Origin: Eledone cirrhosa
Taxonomy: Eukaryota
Direction of reading: 5' to 3'
Assembly: GCA_964016885.1 (NCBI GenBank)
Contig: OZ024743.1
Location: 72,044,001-72,108,000, forward strand
Length of the DNA stretch: 64,000 bases
Part shown: piece by piece, positions 37,901 to 52,900 of the stretch
Position numbering within the stretch: position 1 is the first letter of the stretch
How the letters are laid out: each line of letters opens with the position of its first letter
Program-made: the position numbers and the translations under genes
The notes under the pieces: model-generated
What the model was told of the DNA's origin: nothing
Seen by the model: the letters and a program-made list of their open reading frames with translations, nothing else
The model's database searches: none

Positions 37901-40900
37901 AGCTGCTTTCTACACATACAGCTGCTTTCTACACATACAGCTACTTTCTACACATACAGCTACTTTCTACACATACAGCTACTTTCTACACATACAGCTG
38001 CTTTCTACACATACAGCTAGTTTCTACACATACAGCTACTTTCTACACATACAGCTACTTTCTACACATACAGCTGCTTTCTACACATACAGCTGCTTTC
38101 TACACATACAGCTACTTTCTACACATACAGCTACTTTCTACACATACAGCTACTTTCTACACATACAGCTACTTTCTACACATACAGCTAGTTTCTACAC
38201 ATACAGCTACTTTCTACACATACAGCTACTTTCTACACATACAGCTACTTTCTACACATACAGCTACTTTCTACACATACAGCTGCTTTCTACACATACA
38301 GCTGCTTTCTACACATACAGCTACTTTCTACACATACAGCTACTTTCTACACATACCGCTACTTTCTACACATACAGCTACTTTCTACACATACAGCTGC
38401 TTTCTACACATACAGCTACTTTCTACACATACAGCTACTTTCTACACATACAGCTACTTTCTACACATACAGCTGCTTTCTACACATACAGCAGCTTTCT
38501 ACACATACAGCTGCTTTCTACACATACAGCTGCTTTCTACACATACAGCTACTTTCTACACATACAGCTACTTTCTACACATACAGCTGCTTTCTACACA
38601 TACAGCTACTTTCTACACATACAGCTACTTTCTACACATACAGCTACTTTCTACACATACAGCTACTTTCTACACATACAGCTACTTTCTACACATACAG
38701 CTAGTTTCTACACATACAGCTACTTTCTACACATACAGCTACTTTCTACACATACAGCTGCTTTCTACACATACAGCTGCTTTCTACACATACAGCTACT
38801 TTCTACACATACAGCTACTTTCTACACATACAGCTACTTTCTACACATACAGCTGCTTTCTACACATACAGCTAGTTTCTACACATACAGCTACTTTCTA
38901 CACATACAGCTACTTTCTACACATACAGCTGCTTTCTACACATACAGCTGCTTTCTACACATACAGCTACTTTCTACACATACAGCTACTTTCTACACAT
39001 ACAGCTACTTTCTACACATACAGCTACTTTCTACACATACAGCTAGTTTCTACACATACAGCTACTTTCTACACATACAGCTACTTTCTACACATACAGC
39101 TACTTTCTACACATACAGCTACTTTCTACACATACAGCTGCTTTCTACACATACAGCTGCTTTCTACACATACAGCTACTTTCTACACATACAGCTACTT
39201 TCTACACATACCGCTACTTTCTACACATACAGCTACTTTCTACACATACAGCTGCTTTCTACACATACAGCTACTTTCTACACATACAGCTAGTTTCTAC
39301 ACATACAGCTACTTTCTACACATACAGCTACTTTCTACACATACAGCTACTTTCTACACATACAGCTACTTTCTACACATACAGCTGCTTTCTACACATA
39401 CAGCAGCTTTCTACACATACAGCTGCTTTCTACACATACAGCTACTTTCTACACATACAGCTACTTTCTACACATACAGCTAGTTTCTACACATACAGCT
39501 ACTTTCTACACATACAGCTACTTTCTACACATACAGCTGCTTTCTACACATACAGCTACTTTCTACACATACAGCTACTTTCTACACATACAGCTACTTT
39601 CTACACATACAGCTGCTTTCTACACATACAGCTACCTTCTACACATACCGCTACTTTCTACACATACAGCTACTTTCTACACATACAGCTACTTTCTACA
39701 CATACAGCTAGTTTCTACACATACAGCTACTTTCTACACATACAGCTACTTTCTACACATACAGCTGCTTTCTACACATACAGCTGCTTTCTACACATAC
39801 AGCTACTTTCTACACATACAGCTACTTTCTACACATACAGCTACTTTCTACACATACAGCTGCTTTCTACACATACAGCTACTTTCTACACATACAGCTA
39901 GTTTCTACACATACAGCTACTTTCTACACATACAGCTACTTTCTACACATACAGCTGCTTTCTACACATACAGCTACTTTCTACACATACAGCTACTTTC
40001 TACACATACAGCTACTTTCTACACATACAGCTGCTTTCTACACATACAGCTACCTTCTACACATACAGCTACTTTCTACACATACAGCTACTTTCTACAC
40101 ATACAGCTGCTTTCTACACATACAGCTGCTTTCTACACATACAGCTACTTTCTACACATACAGCTACTTTCTACACATACAGCTGCTTTCTACACATACA
40201 GCTGCTTTCTACACATACAGCTACCTTCTACACATACAGCTACTTTCTACACATACAGCTACTTTCTACACATACAGCTGCTTTCTACACATACAGCTGC
40301 TTTCTACACATACAGCTACTTTCTACACATACAGCTACTTTCTACACATACAGCTGCTTTCTACACATACAGCTGCTTTCTACACATACAGCTACTTTCT
40401 ACACATACAGCTAGTTTCTACACATACAGCTACTTTCTACACATACAGCTACTTTCTACACATACAGCTACTTTCTACACATACAGCTGCTTTCTACACA
40501 TACAGCTACTTTCTACACATACAGCTAGTTTCTACACATACAGCTACTTTCTACACATACAGCTACTTTCTACACATACAGCTGCTTTCTACACATACAG
40601 CTACTTTCTACACATACAGCTACTTTCTACACATACAGCTACTTTCTACACATACAGCTGCTTTCTACACATACAGCTACCTTCTACACATACAGCTACT
40701 TTCTACACATACAGCTACTTTCTACACATACAGCTGCTTTCTACACATACAGCTGCTTTCTACACATACAGCTACTTTCTACACATACAGCTACTTTCTA
40801 CACATACAGCTACTTTCTACACATACAGCTGCTTTCTACACATACAGCTACTTTCTACACATACAGCTAGTTTCTACACATACAGCTACTTTCTACACAT

Positions 40901-43900
40901 ACAGCTACTTTCTACACATACAGCTGCTTTCTACACATACAGCTACTTTCTACACATACAGCTACTTTCTACACATACAGCTACTTTCTACACATACAGC
41001 TGCTTTCTACACATACAGCTACCTTCTACACATACAGCTACTTTCTACACATACAGCTACTTTCTACACATACAGCTGCTTTCTACACATACAGCTGCTT
41101 TCTACACATACAGCTACTTTCTACACATACAGCTACTTTCTACACATACAGCTGCTTTCTACACATACAGCTGCTTTCTACACATACAGCTACCTTCTAC
41201 ACATACAGCTACTTTCTACACATACAGCTACTTTCTACACATACAGCTGCTTTCTACACATACAGCTGCTTTCTACACATACAGCTGCTTTCTACACATA
41301 CAGCTACTTTCTACACATACAGCTACTTTCTACACATACAGCTACTTTCTACACATACAGCTGCTTTCTACACATACAGCTACTTTCTACACATACAGCT
41401 AGTTTCTACACATACAGCTACTTTCTACACATACAGCTACTTTCTACACTTACAGCTGCTTTCTACACATACAGCTACTTTCTACACATACAGCTACTTT
41501 CTACACATACAGCTACTTTCTACACATACAGCTGCTTTCTACACATACAGCTACCTTCTACACATACAGCTACTTTCTACACATACAGCTACTTTCTACA
41601 CATACAGCTGCTTTCTACACATACAGCTGCTTTCTACACATACAGCTACTTTCTACACATACAGCTACTTTCTACACATACAGCTGCTTTCTACACATAC
41701 AGCTGCTTTCTACACATACAGCTACCTTCTACACATACAGCTACTTTCTACACATACAGCTACTTTCTACACATACAGCTGCTTTCTACACATACAGCTG
41801 CTTTCTACACATACAGCTACTTTCTACACATACAGCTACTTTCTACACATACAGCTGCTTTCTACACATACAGCTGCTTTCTACACATACAGCTACTTTC
41901 TACACATACAGCTAGTTTCTACACATACAGCTACTTTCTACACATACAGCTACTTTCTACACATACAGCTACTTTCTACACATACAGCTGCTTTCTACAC
42001 ATACAGCTACTTTCTACACATACAGCTAGTTTCTACACATACAGCTACTTTCTACACATACAGCTACTTTCTACACATACAGCTGCTTTCTACACATACA
42101 GCTACTTTCTACACATACAGCTACTTTCTACACATACAGCTACTTTCTACACATACATCTGCTTTCTACACATACAGCTACCTTCTACACATACAGCTAC
42201 TTTCTACACATACAGCTACTTTCTACACATACAGCTGCTTTCTACACATACAGCTGCTTTCTACACATACAGCTACTTTCTACACATACAGCTACTTTCT
42301 ACACATACAGCTGCTTTCTACACATACAGCTGCTTTCTACACATACAGCTACCTTCTACACATACAGCTACTTTCTACACATACAGCTACTTTCTACACA
42401 TACAGCTGCTTTCTACACATACAGCTGCTTTCTACACATACAGCTACTTTCTACACATACAGCTACTTTCTACACATACAGCTACTTTCTACACATACAG
42501 CTGCTTTCTACACATACAGCTACTTTCTACACATACAGCTAGTTTCTACACATACAGCTACTTTCTACACATACAGCTACTTTCTACACATACAGCTGCT
42601 TTCTACACATACAGCTACTTTCTACACATACAGCTACTTTCTACACATACAGCTACTTTCTACACATACAGCTGCTTTCTACACATACAGCTACCTTCTA
42701 CACATACAGCTACTTTCTACACATACAGCTACTTTCTACACATACAGCTGCTTTCTACACATACAGCTGCTTTCTACACATACAGCTACTTTCTACACAT
42801 ACAGCTACTTTCTACACATACAGCTGCTTTCTACACATACAGCTGCTTTCTACACATACAGCTACCTTCTACACATACAGCTACTTTCTACACATACAGC
42901 TACTTTCTACACATACAGCTGCTTTCTACACATACAGCTGCTTTCTACACATACAGCTACTTTCTACACATACAGCTACTTTCTACACATACAGCTGCTT
43001 TCTACACATACAGCTGCTTTCTACACATACAGCTACTTTCTACACATACAGCTACTTTCTACACATACAGCTACTTTCTACACATACAGCTGCTTTCTAC
43101 ACATACAGCTGCTTTCTACACATACAGCTACCTTCTACACATACCGCTACTTTCTACACATACAGCTACTTTCTACACATACAGCTACTTTCTACACATA
43201 CAGCTACTTTCTACACATACAGCTACTTTCTACACATACAGCTAGTTTCTACACATACAGCTGCTTTCTACACATACAGCTGCTTTCTACACATACAGCT
43301 ACTTTCTACACATACAGCTACTTTCTACACATACCGCTACTTTCTACACATACAGCTACTTTCTACACATACAGCTACTTTCTACACATACAGCTAGTTT
43401 CTACACATACAGCTGCTTTCTACACATACAGCTACTTTCTACACATACAGCTACTTTCTACACATACAGCTACTTTCTACACATACAGCTACTTTCTACA
43501 CATACAGCTGCTTTCTACACATACAGCAGCTTTCTACACATACAGCTGCTTTCTACACATACAGCTGCTTTCTACACATACAGCTACTTTCTACACATAC
43601 AGCTACTTTCTACACATACAGCTACTTTCTACACATACAGCTAGTTTCTACACATACAGCTACTTTCTACACATACAGCTACTTTCTACACATACAGCTA
43701 GTTTCTACACATACAGCTACTTTCTACACATACAGCTACTTTCTACACATACAGCTACTTTCTACACATACAGCTACTTTCTACACATACAGCTAGTTTC
43801 TACACATACAGCTACTTTCTACACATACAGCTACTTTCTACACATACAGCTAGTTTCTACACATACAGCTGCTTTCTACACATACAGCTACTTTCTACAC

Positions 43901-46900
43901 ATACAGCTGCTTTCTACACATACAGCTACTTTCTACACATACAGCTAGTTTCTACACATACAGCTACTTTCTACACATACAGCTACTTTCTACACATACA
44001 GCTACTTTCTACACATACAGCTGCTTTCTACACATACAGCAGCTTTCTACACATACAGCTGCTTTCTACACATACAGCTACTTTCTACACATACAGCTAC
44101 TTTCTACACATACAGCTACTTTCTACACATACAGCTAGTTTCTACACATACAGCTACTTTCTACACATACAGCTACTTTCTACACATACAGCTAGTTTCT
44201 ACACATACAGCTACTTTCTACACATACAGCTACTTTCTACACATACAGCTACTTTCTACACATACAGCTACTTTCTACACATACAGCTAGTTTCTACACA
44301 TACAGCTACTTTCTACACATACAGCTACTTTCTACACATACAGCTAGTTTCTACACATACAGCTGCTTTCTACACATACAGCTACTTTCTACACATACAG
44401 CTAGTTTCTACACATACAGCTACTTTCTACACATACAGCTACTTTCTACACATACAGCTACTTTCTACACATACAGCTGCTTTCTACACATACAGCAGCT
44501 TTCTACACATACAGCTGCTTTCTACACATACAGCTACTTTCTACACATACAGCTACTTTCTACACATACAGCTACTTTCTACACATACAGCTACTTTCTA
44601 CACATACAGCTACTTTCTACACATACAGCTAGTTTCTACACATACAGCTACTTTCTACACATACAGCTACTTTCTACACATACAGCTAGTTTCTACACAT
44701 ACAGCTACTTTCTACACATACAGCTACTTTCTACACATACAGCTACTTTCTACACATACAGCTGCTTTCTACACATACAGCTACTTTCTACAGATACAGC
44801 TACTTTCTACACATACAGCTACTTTCTACACATACAGCTACTTTCTACACATACAGCTAGTTTCTACACATACAGCTACTTTCTACACATACAGCTACTT
44901 TCTACACATACAGCTACTTTCTACACATACAGCTGCTTTCTACACATACAGCTACTTTCTACACATACAGCTAGTTTCTACACATACAGCTACTTTCTAC
45001 ACATACAGCTACTTTCTACACATACAGCTACTTTCTACACATACAGCTACTTTCTACACATACAGCTACTTTCTACACATACAGCTGCTTTCTACACATA
45101 CAGCTAGTTTCTACACATACAGCTACTTTCTACACATACAGCTAGTTTCTACACATACAGCTACTTTCTACACATACAGCTACTTTCTACACATACAGCT
45201 AGTTTCTACACATACAGCTACTTTCTACACATACAGCTACTTTCTACACATACAGCTAGTTTCTACACATACAGCTACTTTCTACACATACAGCTACTTT
45301 CTACACATACAGCTACTTTCTACACATACAGCTAGTTTCTACACATACAGCTACTTTCTACACATACAGCTACTTTCTACACATACAGCTACTTTCTACA
45401 CATACAGCTGCTTTCTACACATACAGCTACTTTCTACAGATACAGCTACTTTCTACACATACAGCTACTTTCTACACATACAGCTACTTTCTACACATAC
45501 AGCTAGTTTCTACACATACAGCTACTTTCTACACATACAGCTACTTTCTACACATACAGCTACTTTCTACACATACAGCTGCTTTCTACACATACAGCTA
45601 CTTTCTACACATACAGCTAGTTTCTACACATACAGCTACTTTCTACACATACAGCTACTTTCTACACATACAGCTACTTTCTACACATACAGCTACTTTC
45701 TACACATACAGCTACTTTCTACACATACAGCTGCTTTCTACACATACAGCTAGTTTCTACACATACAGCTACTTTCTACACATACAGCTAGTTTCTACAC
45801 ATACAGCTACTTTCTACACATACAGCTACTTTCTACACATACAGCTAGTTTCTACACATACAGCTACTTTCTACACATACAGCTACTTTCTACACATACA
45901 GCTACTTTCTACACATACAGCTGCTTTCTACACATACAGCTACTTTCTACACATACAGCTAGTTTCTACACATACAGCTACTTTCTACACATACAGCTAC
46001 TTTCTACACATACAGCTACTTTCTAGACATACGGCTACTTTCTACACATACAGCTGCTTTCTACACATACAGCTAGTTTCTACACATACAGCTACTTTCT
46101 ACACATACAGCTACTTTCTAAACATGCAGCTACTTTCTACACATACAGCAACTTTCTACAAATAGAGCTAGTTTCTACACATACAGCTACTTTCTACACA
46201 TACAGCTACTTTCTACACATAGAGCTACTTTCTACACATACAGCTACTTTCTACACATACAGCTACTTTCTACACATACAGCTACTTTCTACACATAGAG
46301 CTAGTTTCTACACATGCAGCTACTTTCTACTCATACAGCTACTTTCTACACATACATCTACTTCCTACACATAGAGTACTTTCTACACATACAGCTACTT
46401 TTTACACATAGAGTACTTTCTACACATACAGCTACTTTCTACACATACAGCTACTTTCTACACATACAGCTACTTTCTACACATACAGCTACTTTTTACA
46501 CATAGAGTACTTTCTACACATACAGCTACTTTCTACACATACAGCTACTTTCTACACATACAGCTACTTTCTACACATACAGCTACTTTTTACAGATACA
46601 GCTAATTTTTACACATACAGCTGCTTTCTACACATACAGCTACTTTCTACACATAGAGCTAGTTTCTACACATACAGCTGCTTTCTACACATAGAGTACT
46701 TTCTACACATACAGCTACTTTCTACACATACAGCTACTTTCTACACATACAGCTACTTTCTACAGATACAGCTAGTTTCTACACATACAGCTACTTTCTA
46801 CACATAGAGCTAGTTTCTACACATACAGCTACTTTCTACACATACAGCTACTTTATACACATACAGCTACTTTCTACACATACAGCTACTTTCTACACAT

Positions 46901-49900
46901 ACAGCTAGTTTCTACACATACAGCTACTTTCTGCACATACAGCTACTTTCTACACACAGCTACTTACTACACATACAGCTACCTTCTACACATAGAGTAC
47001 TTTCTACACATACAGCTACTTTCTACACATACAGCTACTTTCTACACATACAGCTACTTTCGACACATACAGCTACTTTCTACACATACAGCTACTTTCT
47101 ACAGATACAGCTAGTTTCTACACATACAGCTACTTTCTACACATAGAGCTAGTTTCTACACATACAGCTACTTTCTACACATACAGCTACTTTATACACA
47201 TACAGCTACTTTCTACACATACAGCTACTTTCTACAGATACAGCTAGTTTCTACACATACAGCTACTTTCTACACATAGAGCTAGTTTCTACACATACAG
47301 CTACTTTCTACACATACAGCTACTTTATACACATACAGCTACTTTCTACACATACAGCAACTTTCTACACATACAGCTAGTTTCTACACATACAGCTACT
47401 TTCTGCACATACAGCTACTTTCTACACACAGCTACTTACTACACATACAGCTACCTTCTACACATAGAGTACTTTCTACACATACAGCTACTTTATACAC
47501 ATACAGCTACTTTCTACACATACAGCAACTTTCTACACATACAGCTACTTTCTACACATACAGCTACTTTCGACACATACAGCTACTTTCTACACGTACA
47601 GCTACTTTCTACACATACAGCTACTTTCTACACATACAGCTACTTTCTACACATACAGCTACTTTATACACATACAGCTACTTTCTACACATACAGCTAC
47701 TTTATACACATACAGCTACTTTCTACACACAGCTACTTACTACACATACAGCTACCTTCTACACATACAGCTACTTACTACACATACAGCTACTTTCTAC
47801 ACATACAGCTAGTTTCTACACATACAGCTACTTTCTACACATACAGTTGTTTTCTACACATACAGCTACTTTCTACACATACAGCTACTTTATACACATA
47901 CAGCTACTTTCTACACATACAGCTACTTTCTACAGATACAGCTACTTTCTACACATACAGCTACTTTCTACACATACAGCTACTTTCTACACATACAGCT
48001 ACTTTCTACAGATACAGCTACTTTCTACACATACAGCTACTTTCTACACATACAGCTACTTTCTACACATACAGCTACTTTCTACACATGCAGCTACTTT
48101 CTACACATACAGCTACTTTCTAAACATGCAGCTAGTTTCTACACATGCAGCTACTTTCTACACATACAGCTACTTTCTACACATGCAGCTACTTTCTACA
48201 CATACAGCTACTTTCTACACATACTGCTGCTTTCTACACATACAGCTGCTTTGTACACATACAGCTACTTTCTACACATACAGCTACTTTCTACACGTAC
48301 TGCTACTTTCTACTCATACAGCTACTTTCTACACATACAGCTACTTTCTACACATGCAGCTACTTTCTAAACATACAGCTAGTTTCTACACATACAGCTA
48401 GTCTCTACACATACAGCTGCTTTCTACACATACAGCTGCTTTGTACACATACAGCTACTTTCTACTCATACAGCTACTTTCTAAACATGCAGCTAGTTTC
48501 TACACATACAGCTACTTTCTACACATACAGCTACTTTCTACACATACAGCTACTTTCTAAACATACAGCTACTTTCTACACATGTAGCTAGTTTCTACAC
48601 ATACAGCTAGTTTCTACACATACAGCTGCTTTATACACATACAGCTGCTTTCTACACATACATCTACTTTCTACAAATAGAGCTACTTTCTACACATACA
48701 GCTACTTTCTACGCATACAGCTGCTTTCTACACATACAGCTGCTTTCTACACATACAGCTGCTTTCTACACATACAGCTGCTTTCTACACATGCAGCTAC
48801 TTTCTACACATACAGCTACTTTCTACACATGTAGCTAGTTTCTACACATACGGCTACTTTCTACACATACAGCTAGTTTCTACACATACAGCTACTTTCT
48901 ACACATACAGCTACTTTCTACACATACAGCTACTTTCTACACATACAGCTAGTTTCTACACATACAGCTACTTTCTACACATACAGCTACTTTCTACACA
49001 TACTGCTACTTTCTACACATGCAGCTACTTTCTACAGATACAGCTACTTTCTACACATACAGCTACTTTCTACACATACAGCTACTTTCTACAAATAGAG
49101 CTAGTTTCTACACATACAGCTACTTTCTACACATACAGCTACTTTCTACACATAGAGCTACTTTCTACACATACAGCTACTTTCTACACATACAGCTACT
49201 TTCTACAGATACAGCTACTTTCTACCCATACAGCTACTTTTTACAGATACAGCTAGTTTCTACACATACAGCTACTTTCTACACATACAGCTACTTTCTA
49301 CACATACAGCTACTTTCTACAAATAGAGCTAGTTTCTACACATACAGCTACTTTATACACATACAGCTACTTTCTACACATACAGCTACTTTCTACACAT
49401 ACAGCTACTTTCTACACATACAGCTACTTTCTACACATAGAGCTACTTTCTACAGATACAGCTACTTTTTACAGATACAGCTACTTTCTACACATACAGC
49501 TACTTTCTACACATACAGCTACTTTCTACACATACAGCTACTTTCTACACATACAGCTACTTTCTACACATACAGCTACTTTCTACACATACAACTACTT
49601 TCTACACATACAGCTACTTTATACACATACAGCTACTTTCTACACATACAGCTACTTTATACACATACAGCTACTTTCTACACATAGAGCTACTTTCTAC
49701 ACATACAGCTACTTTCTACGCATACAGCTGCTTTCTACACATACAGCTGCTTTCTACACATACAGCTACTTTCTACACATACAGCTACTTTCTACACATA
49801 CAGCTACTTTCTACACATACAGCTACTTTCTACACATACAGCTACTTTCTACACATACAGCTACTTTCTACACATACAGCTACTTTTTACACATACAGCT

Positions 49901-52900
49901 ACTTTCTACACATACAGCTACTTTCTACACATACAGCTACTTTTTACACATACAGCTACTTTCTACACATACAGCTACTTTCTACACATACAGCTACTTT
50001 CTACACATACAGCTAGTTTCTACACATACAGCTACTTTCTACACATAGAGCTAGTTTCTACACATACAGCTACTTTATACACATACAGCTACTTTTTACA
50101 CATACAGCTACTTTCTACACATACAGCAACTTTCTACAAATAGAGCTAGTTTTTACACATACAGCTACTTTCTACACATACAGCTACTTTCTACACATAC
50201 AGCTACTTTTTACAGATACAGCTAGTTTCTACAGATACAGCTACTTTCTACACATACAGCTACTTTCTACACATACAGCTACTTTCTACAAATAGAGCTA
50301 GTTTCTACACATACAGCTACTTTATACACATACAGCTACTTTCTACACATACAGCTACTTTCCACACATACAGATACTTTCTACACATACAGCTACTTTC
50401 TACACATACAGCTACTTTCTACACATACAGCAACTTTCTACAAATAGAGCTAGTTTTTACACATACAGCTACTTTCTACACATACAGCTACTTTCTACAC
50501 ATAGAGCTACTTTCTACACATACAGCTACTTTCTACACATACAGCTACTTTTTACAGATACAGCTAGTTTCTACAGATACAGCTACTTTCTACACATACA
50601 GCTACTTTCTACACATACAGCTACTTTCTACAAATAGAGCTAGTTTCTACACATACAGCTACTTTCTACACATACAGCTACTTTTTACACATACAGCTAC
50701 TTTTTACACATACAGCTACTTTCTACACATACAGCTACTTTCTACACATACAGCTACTTTTTACACATACAGCTACTTTCTACACATACAGCTACTTTCT
50801 ACACATACAGCTACTTTCTACACATACAGCTACTTTCTACACATAGAGCTACTTTCTACACATACAGCTACTTTCTACACATAGAGCTAGTTTCTACACA
50901 TACAGCTACTTTCTACACATAGAGCTAGTTTCTACACATACAGCTGCTTTCTACACCTAGAGTATTTTCTACACATTCAGCTACTTTCTACACATACAGC
51001 TACTTTCTACACATACAGCTACTTTCTACAGATACAGCTAGTTTCTACACATACAGCTACTTTCTACACATAGAGCTAGTTTCTACACATACAGCTGCTT
51101 TCTACACATACAGCTGCTTTCTACACATAGAGCTAGTTTCTACACATACAGCTACTTTCTACACATACAGCTACTTTCTACAGATACAGCTAGTTTCTAC
51201 ACATACAGCTACTTTCTACACATAGAGCTAGTTTCTACACATACAGCTGCTTTCTACACATACAGCTGCTTTCTACACATAGAGCTAGTTTCTAAACATG
51301 CAGCTAGTTTCTACACATACAGCTACTTTCTACAGATACAGCTACTTTCTACACATACAGCTACTTTCTAAACATGCAGCTAGTTTCTACACATACAGCT
51401 ACTTTGTATACATGCAGCTACTTTCTACACATACAGCTACTTTCTACAGATACAGCTACTTTCTACACATACAGCTACTTTCTAAACATGCAGCTAGTTT
51501 CTACACATACAGCTACTTTCTACACATACAGCTACTTTCTACAGATACAGCTACTTTCTACACATACAGCTACTTTCTAAACATGCAGCTAGTTTCTACA
51601 CATACAGCTACTTTGTATACATGCAGCTACTTTCTACAAATACAGCTGCTTTCTACACATAGAGCTAGTTTCTACACATACAGCTACTTTCTACACATAC
51701 AGCTACTTTCTACACATACAGCTATTTTCTACACATACAGCTGCTTTCTACACATACAGCTACTTTCTACACATACAGCTACTTTCTAGACATAGAGATA
51801 GTTTCTACACATGTAGCTAGTTTCTACACATACAGCTACTTTCTACACATACAGCTACTTTCTACACATACTGCTACTTTCTACACATACAGCTACTTTC
51901 TACAGATACAGCTACTTTCTACACATACAGCTACTTTCTACACATACAGCGACTTTCTACAAATAGAGCTAGTTTCTACACATATAGCTACTTTCTACAC
52001 ATACAGCTACTTTCTACACATACAGCTACTTTCTACACATACAGCTACTTTCTACACATACAGCAACTTTCTACAAATAGAGCTAGTTTCTACACATACA
52101 GCTACTTTCTACACATACAGCTACCTTCTACACATACAGCTACTTTCTACACATACAGCTACTTTCTACACATACAGCTACTTTCTACACATACAGCTGC
52201 TTTCTACACATACAGCTACTTTCTACACATACAGCTACTTTCTACACATACAGCTACTTTCTACACATACAGCTGCTTTCTAAACATACAGCTACTTTCT
52301 ACACATACAGCTACTTTCTACACATACAGCTACTTTCTACACATACAGCTGCTTTCTACACATACAGCTACTTTCTACACATACAGCTGCTTTCTACACA
52401 TACAGCTAGTTTCTACACATACAGCTACTTTCTACACATACAGCAACTTTCTACAAATAGAGCTACTTTCTACACATACAGCTACTTTCTACACATACAG
52501 CTGCTTTCTACACATACAGCTGCTTTCTAAACATACAGCTACTTTCTACACATACAGCTACTTTCTACACATACAGCTACTTTCTACACATACAGCTACT
52601 TTTTACACATACAGCTGCTTTGTACACATACAGCTACTTTCTACTCATACAGCTGCTTTGTACACATACAGCTACTTTCTACTCATACAGCTACTTTCTA
52701 AACATGCAGCTAGTTTCTACACATACAGCTACTTTCTACACATACAGCTACTTTCTACACATACAGCTACTTTCTAAACATACAGCTACTTTCTACACAT
52801 GTAGCTAGTTTCTACACATACAGCTAGTTTCTACACATACAGCTGCTTTATACACATACAGCTGCTTTCTACACATACATCTACTTTCTACAAATAGAGC

